Shown one piece after another: positions 62,601-64,000 of a DNA stretch of 64,000 nt. Below the pieces are notes generated by a model that had not been told where the DNA came from, searched no databases, and saw only the letters and a program-made list of their open reading frames with translations. The DNA is from Auanema rhodensis (lineage: Eukaryota > Animalia > Nematoda): contig CAXKVF010000094.1 in the NCBI GenBank assembly GCA_964057225.1, forward strand, positions 1-64,000, written 5' to 3'. Numbering within the stretch: position 1 is the first letter of the stretch; every line of letters starts with the position of its first letter. The translations under genes and the position numbers were made by a program.

Positions 62601-64000
62601 CACGTAAATTTCAAAGTCATGGTTACCATGCACCAATATCAATAAAAATTTGTTTTTAGACTAATATGGACATGGGGAATCTAATTTTGAAAACCGCATC
62701 TCTTTATCTTTCACGTGAAGCGAGTTACATACCAAGTGCACATCACGTGTACATTTAATTAGCATAAATTAAAGTTCACGTAAATTTCAAAGTCATGGTT
62801 ACCATGAAGCAATATCAATAAAAATTTGTTTTTAGACTAATATGGACATGGGGAATCTAATTTTGAAAACCGCATCTCTTTATCTTTCACGTGAAGCGAG
62901 TTACATACCAAGTGCACATCACGTGTACATTAAATTAGCATAAATTAAAGTTCACGAAAATTTCAAAGTCATGGTTACCATGCACCAATATCAATTAAAA
63001 TTTGTTTTTAGACTAATATGGACATGGGGAATCTAATTTTGTAAACCGCATCTCTTTATCTTTCACGTGAAGCGAGTTACATACCAAGTGCACATCACGT
63101 GTACATTTAATTAGCATAAATTAAAGTTCACGTAAATTTCAAAGTCATGGTTACCATGCACCAATATCAATAAAAATTTGTTTTTAGACTAATATGGACA
63201 TGGGGAATCTAATTTTGAAAACCGCATCTCTTTATCTTTCACGTGAAGCGAGTTACATACCAAGTGCACATCACGTGTACATTTAATTAGCATAAATTAA
63301 AGTTCACGTAAATTTCAAAGTCATGGTTACCATGAAGCAATATCAATAAAAATTTGTTTTTAGACTAATATGGACATGGGGAATCTAATTTTGAAAACCG
63401 CATCTCTTTATCTTTCACGTGAAGCGAGTTACATACCAAGTGCACATCACGTGTACATTTAATTAGCATAAATTAAAGTTCACGTAAATTTCAAAGTCAT
63501 GGTTACCATGCACCAATATCAATTAAAATTTGTTTTTAGACTAATATGGACATGGGGAATCTAATTTTGTAAACCGCATCTCTTTATCTTTCACGTGAAG
63601 CGAGTTACATACCAAGTGCACATCACGTGTACATTTAATTAGCATAAATTAAAGTTCACGTAAATTTCAAAGTCATGGTTACCATGCACCAATATCAATA
63701 AAAATTGGTTTTTAGACTAATATGGACATGGGGAATCTAATTTTGAAAACCGCATCTCTTTATCTTTCACGTGAAGCGAGTTACATACCAAGTGCACATC
63801 ACGTGTACATTTAATTAGCATAAATTAAAGTTCACGTAAATTTCAAAGTCATGGTTACCATGCACCAATATCAATAAAAATTTGTTTTTAGACTAATATG
63901 GACATGGGGAATCTAATTTTGAAAACCGCATCTCTTTATCTTTCACGTGAAGCGAGTTACATACCAAGTGCACATCACGTGTACATTTAATTAGCATAAA
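47605..64000. repeat. 176-bp tandem satellite array, right arm (remainder of the interrupted monomer plus 93 complete monomers; runs off the window)
   Basis: Same monomer and orientation. It resumes at monomer position 157 (CATC) and the next monomer starts at 47625. 47625-64000 = 93 x 176 + 8. Confidence 0.99.

Overview
Eukaryotic satellite DNA. A very homogeneous tandem array of a 176-bp AT-rich monomer (about 295 copies) fills 1-35533 and 47605-64000. It is interrupted once by an intact, very young 12,071-bp Ty3/Gypsy (Metaviridae) LTR retroelement at 35534-47604. The element has identical 366-bp LTRs with non-canonical CG...CG ends, a 4-bp target-site duplication (CATC), a tRNA-Gln-type PBS and a PPT. 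Main oddity: its single 2901-codon ORF runs Gag - [signal peptide / herpesvirus gB-like class III fusion glycoprotein / TM anchor] - protease - RT - RNase H - integrase. An envelope gene is thus embedded in frame BETWEEN gag and pol, which makes it a candidate enveloped endogenous virus. Its 1.9-kb 5' leader also hides a spliced antisense accessory gene of about 180-199 aa, which the ORF track shows only as two separate short ORFs. Splice-site style (TTTTCAG/TTTTAG, a 54-nt intron) suggests a nematode-like invertebrate host, but this is inference. The satellite has local higher-order repeats, and these show the insertion is younger than the last local array duplication. All homology calls are by motif recognition; no database searches were run.
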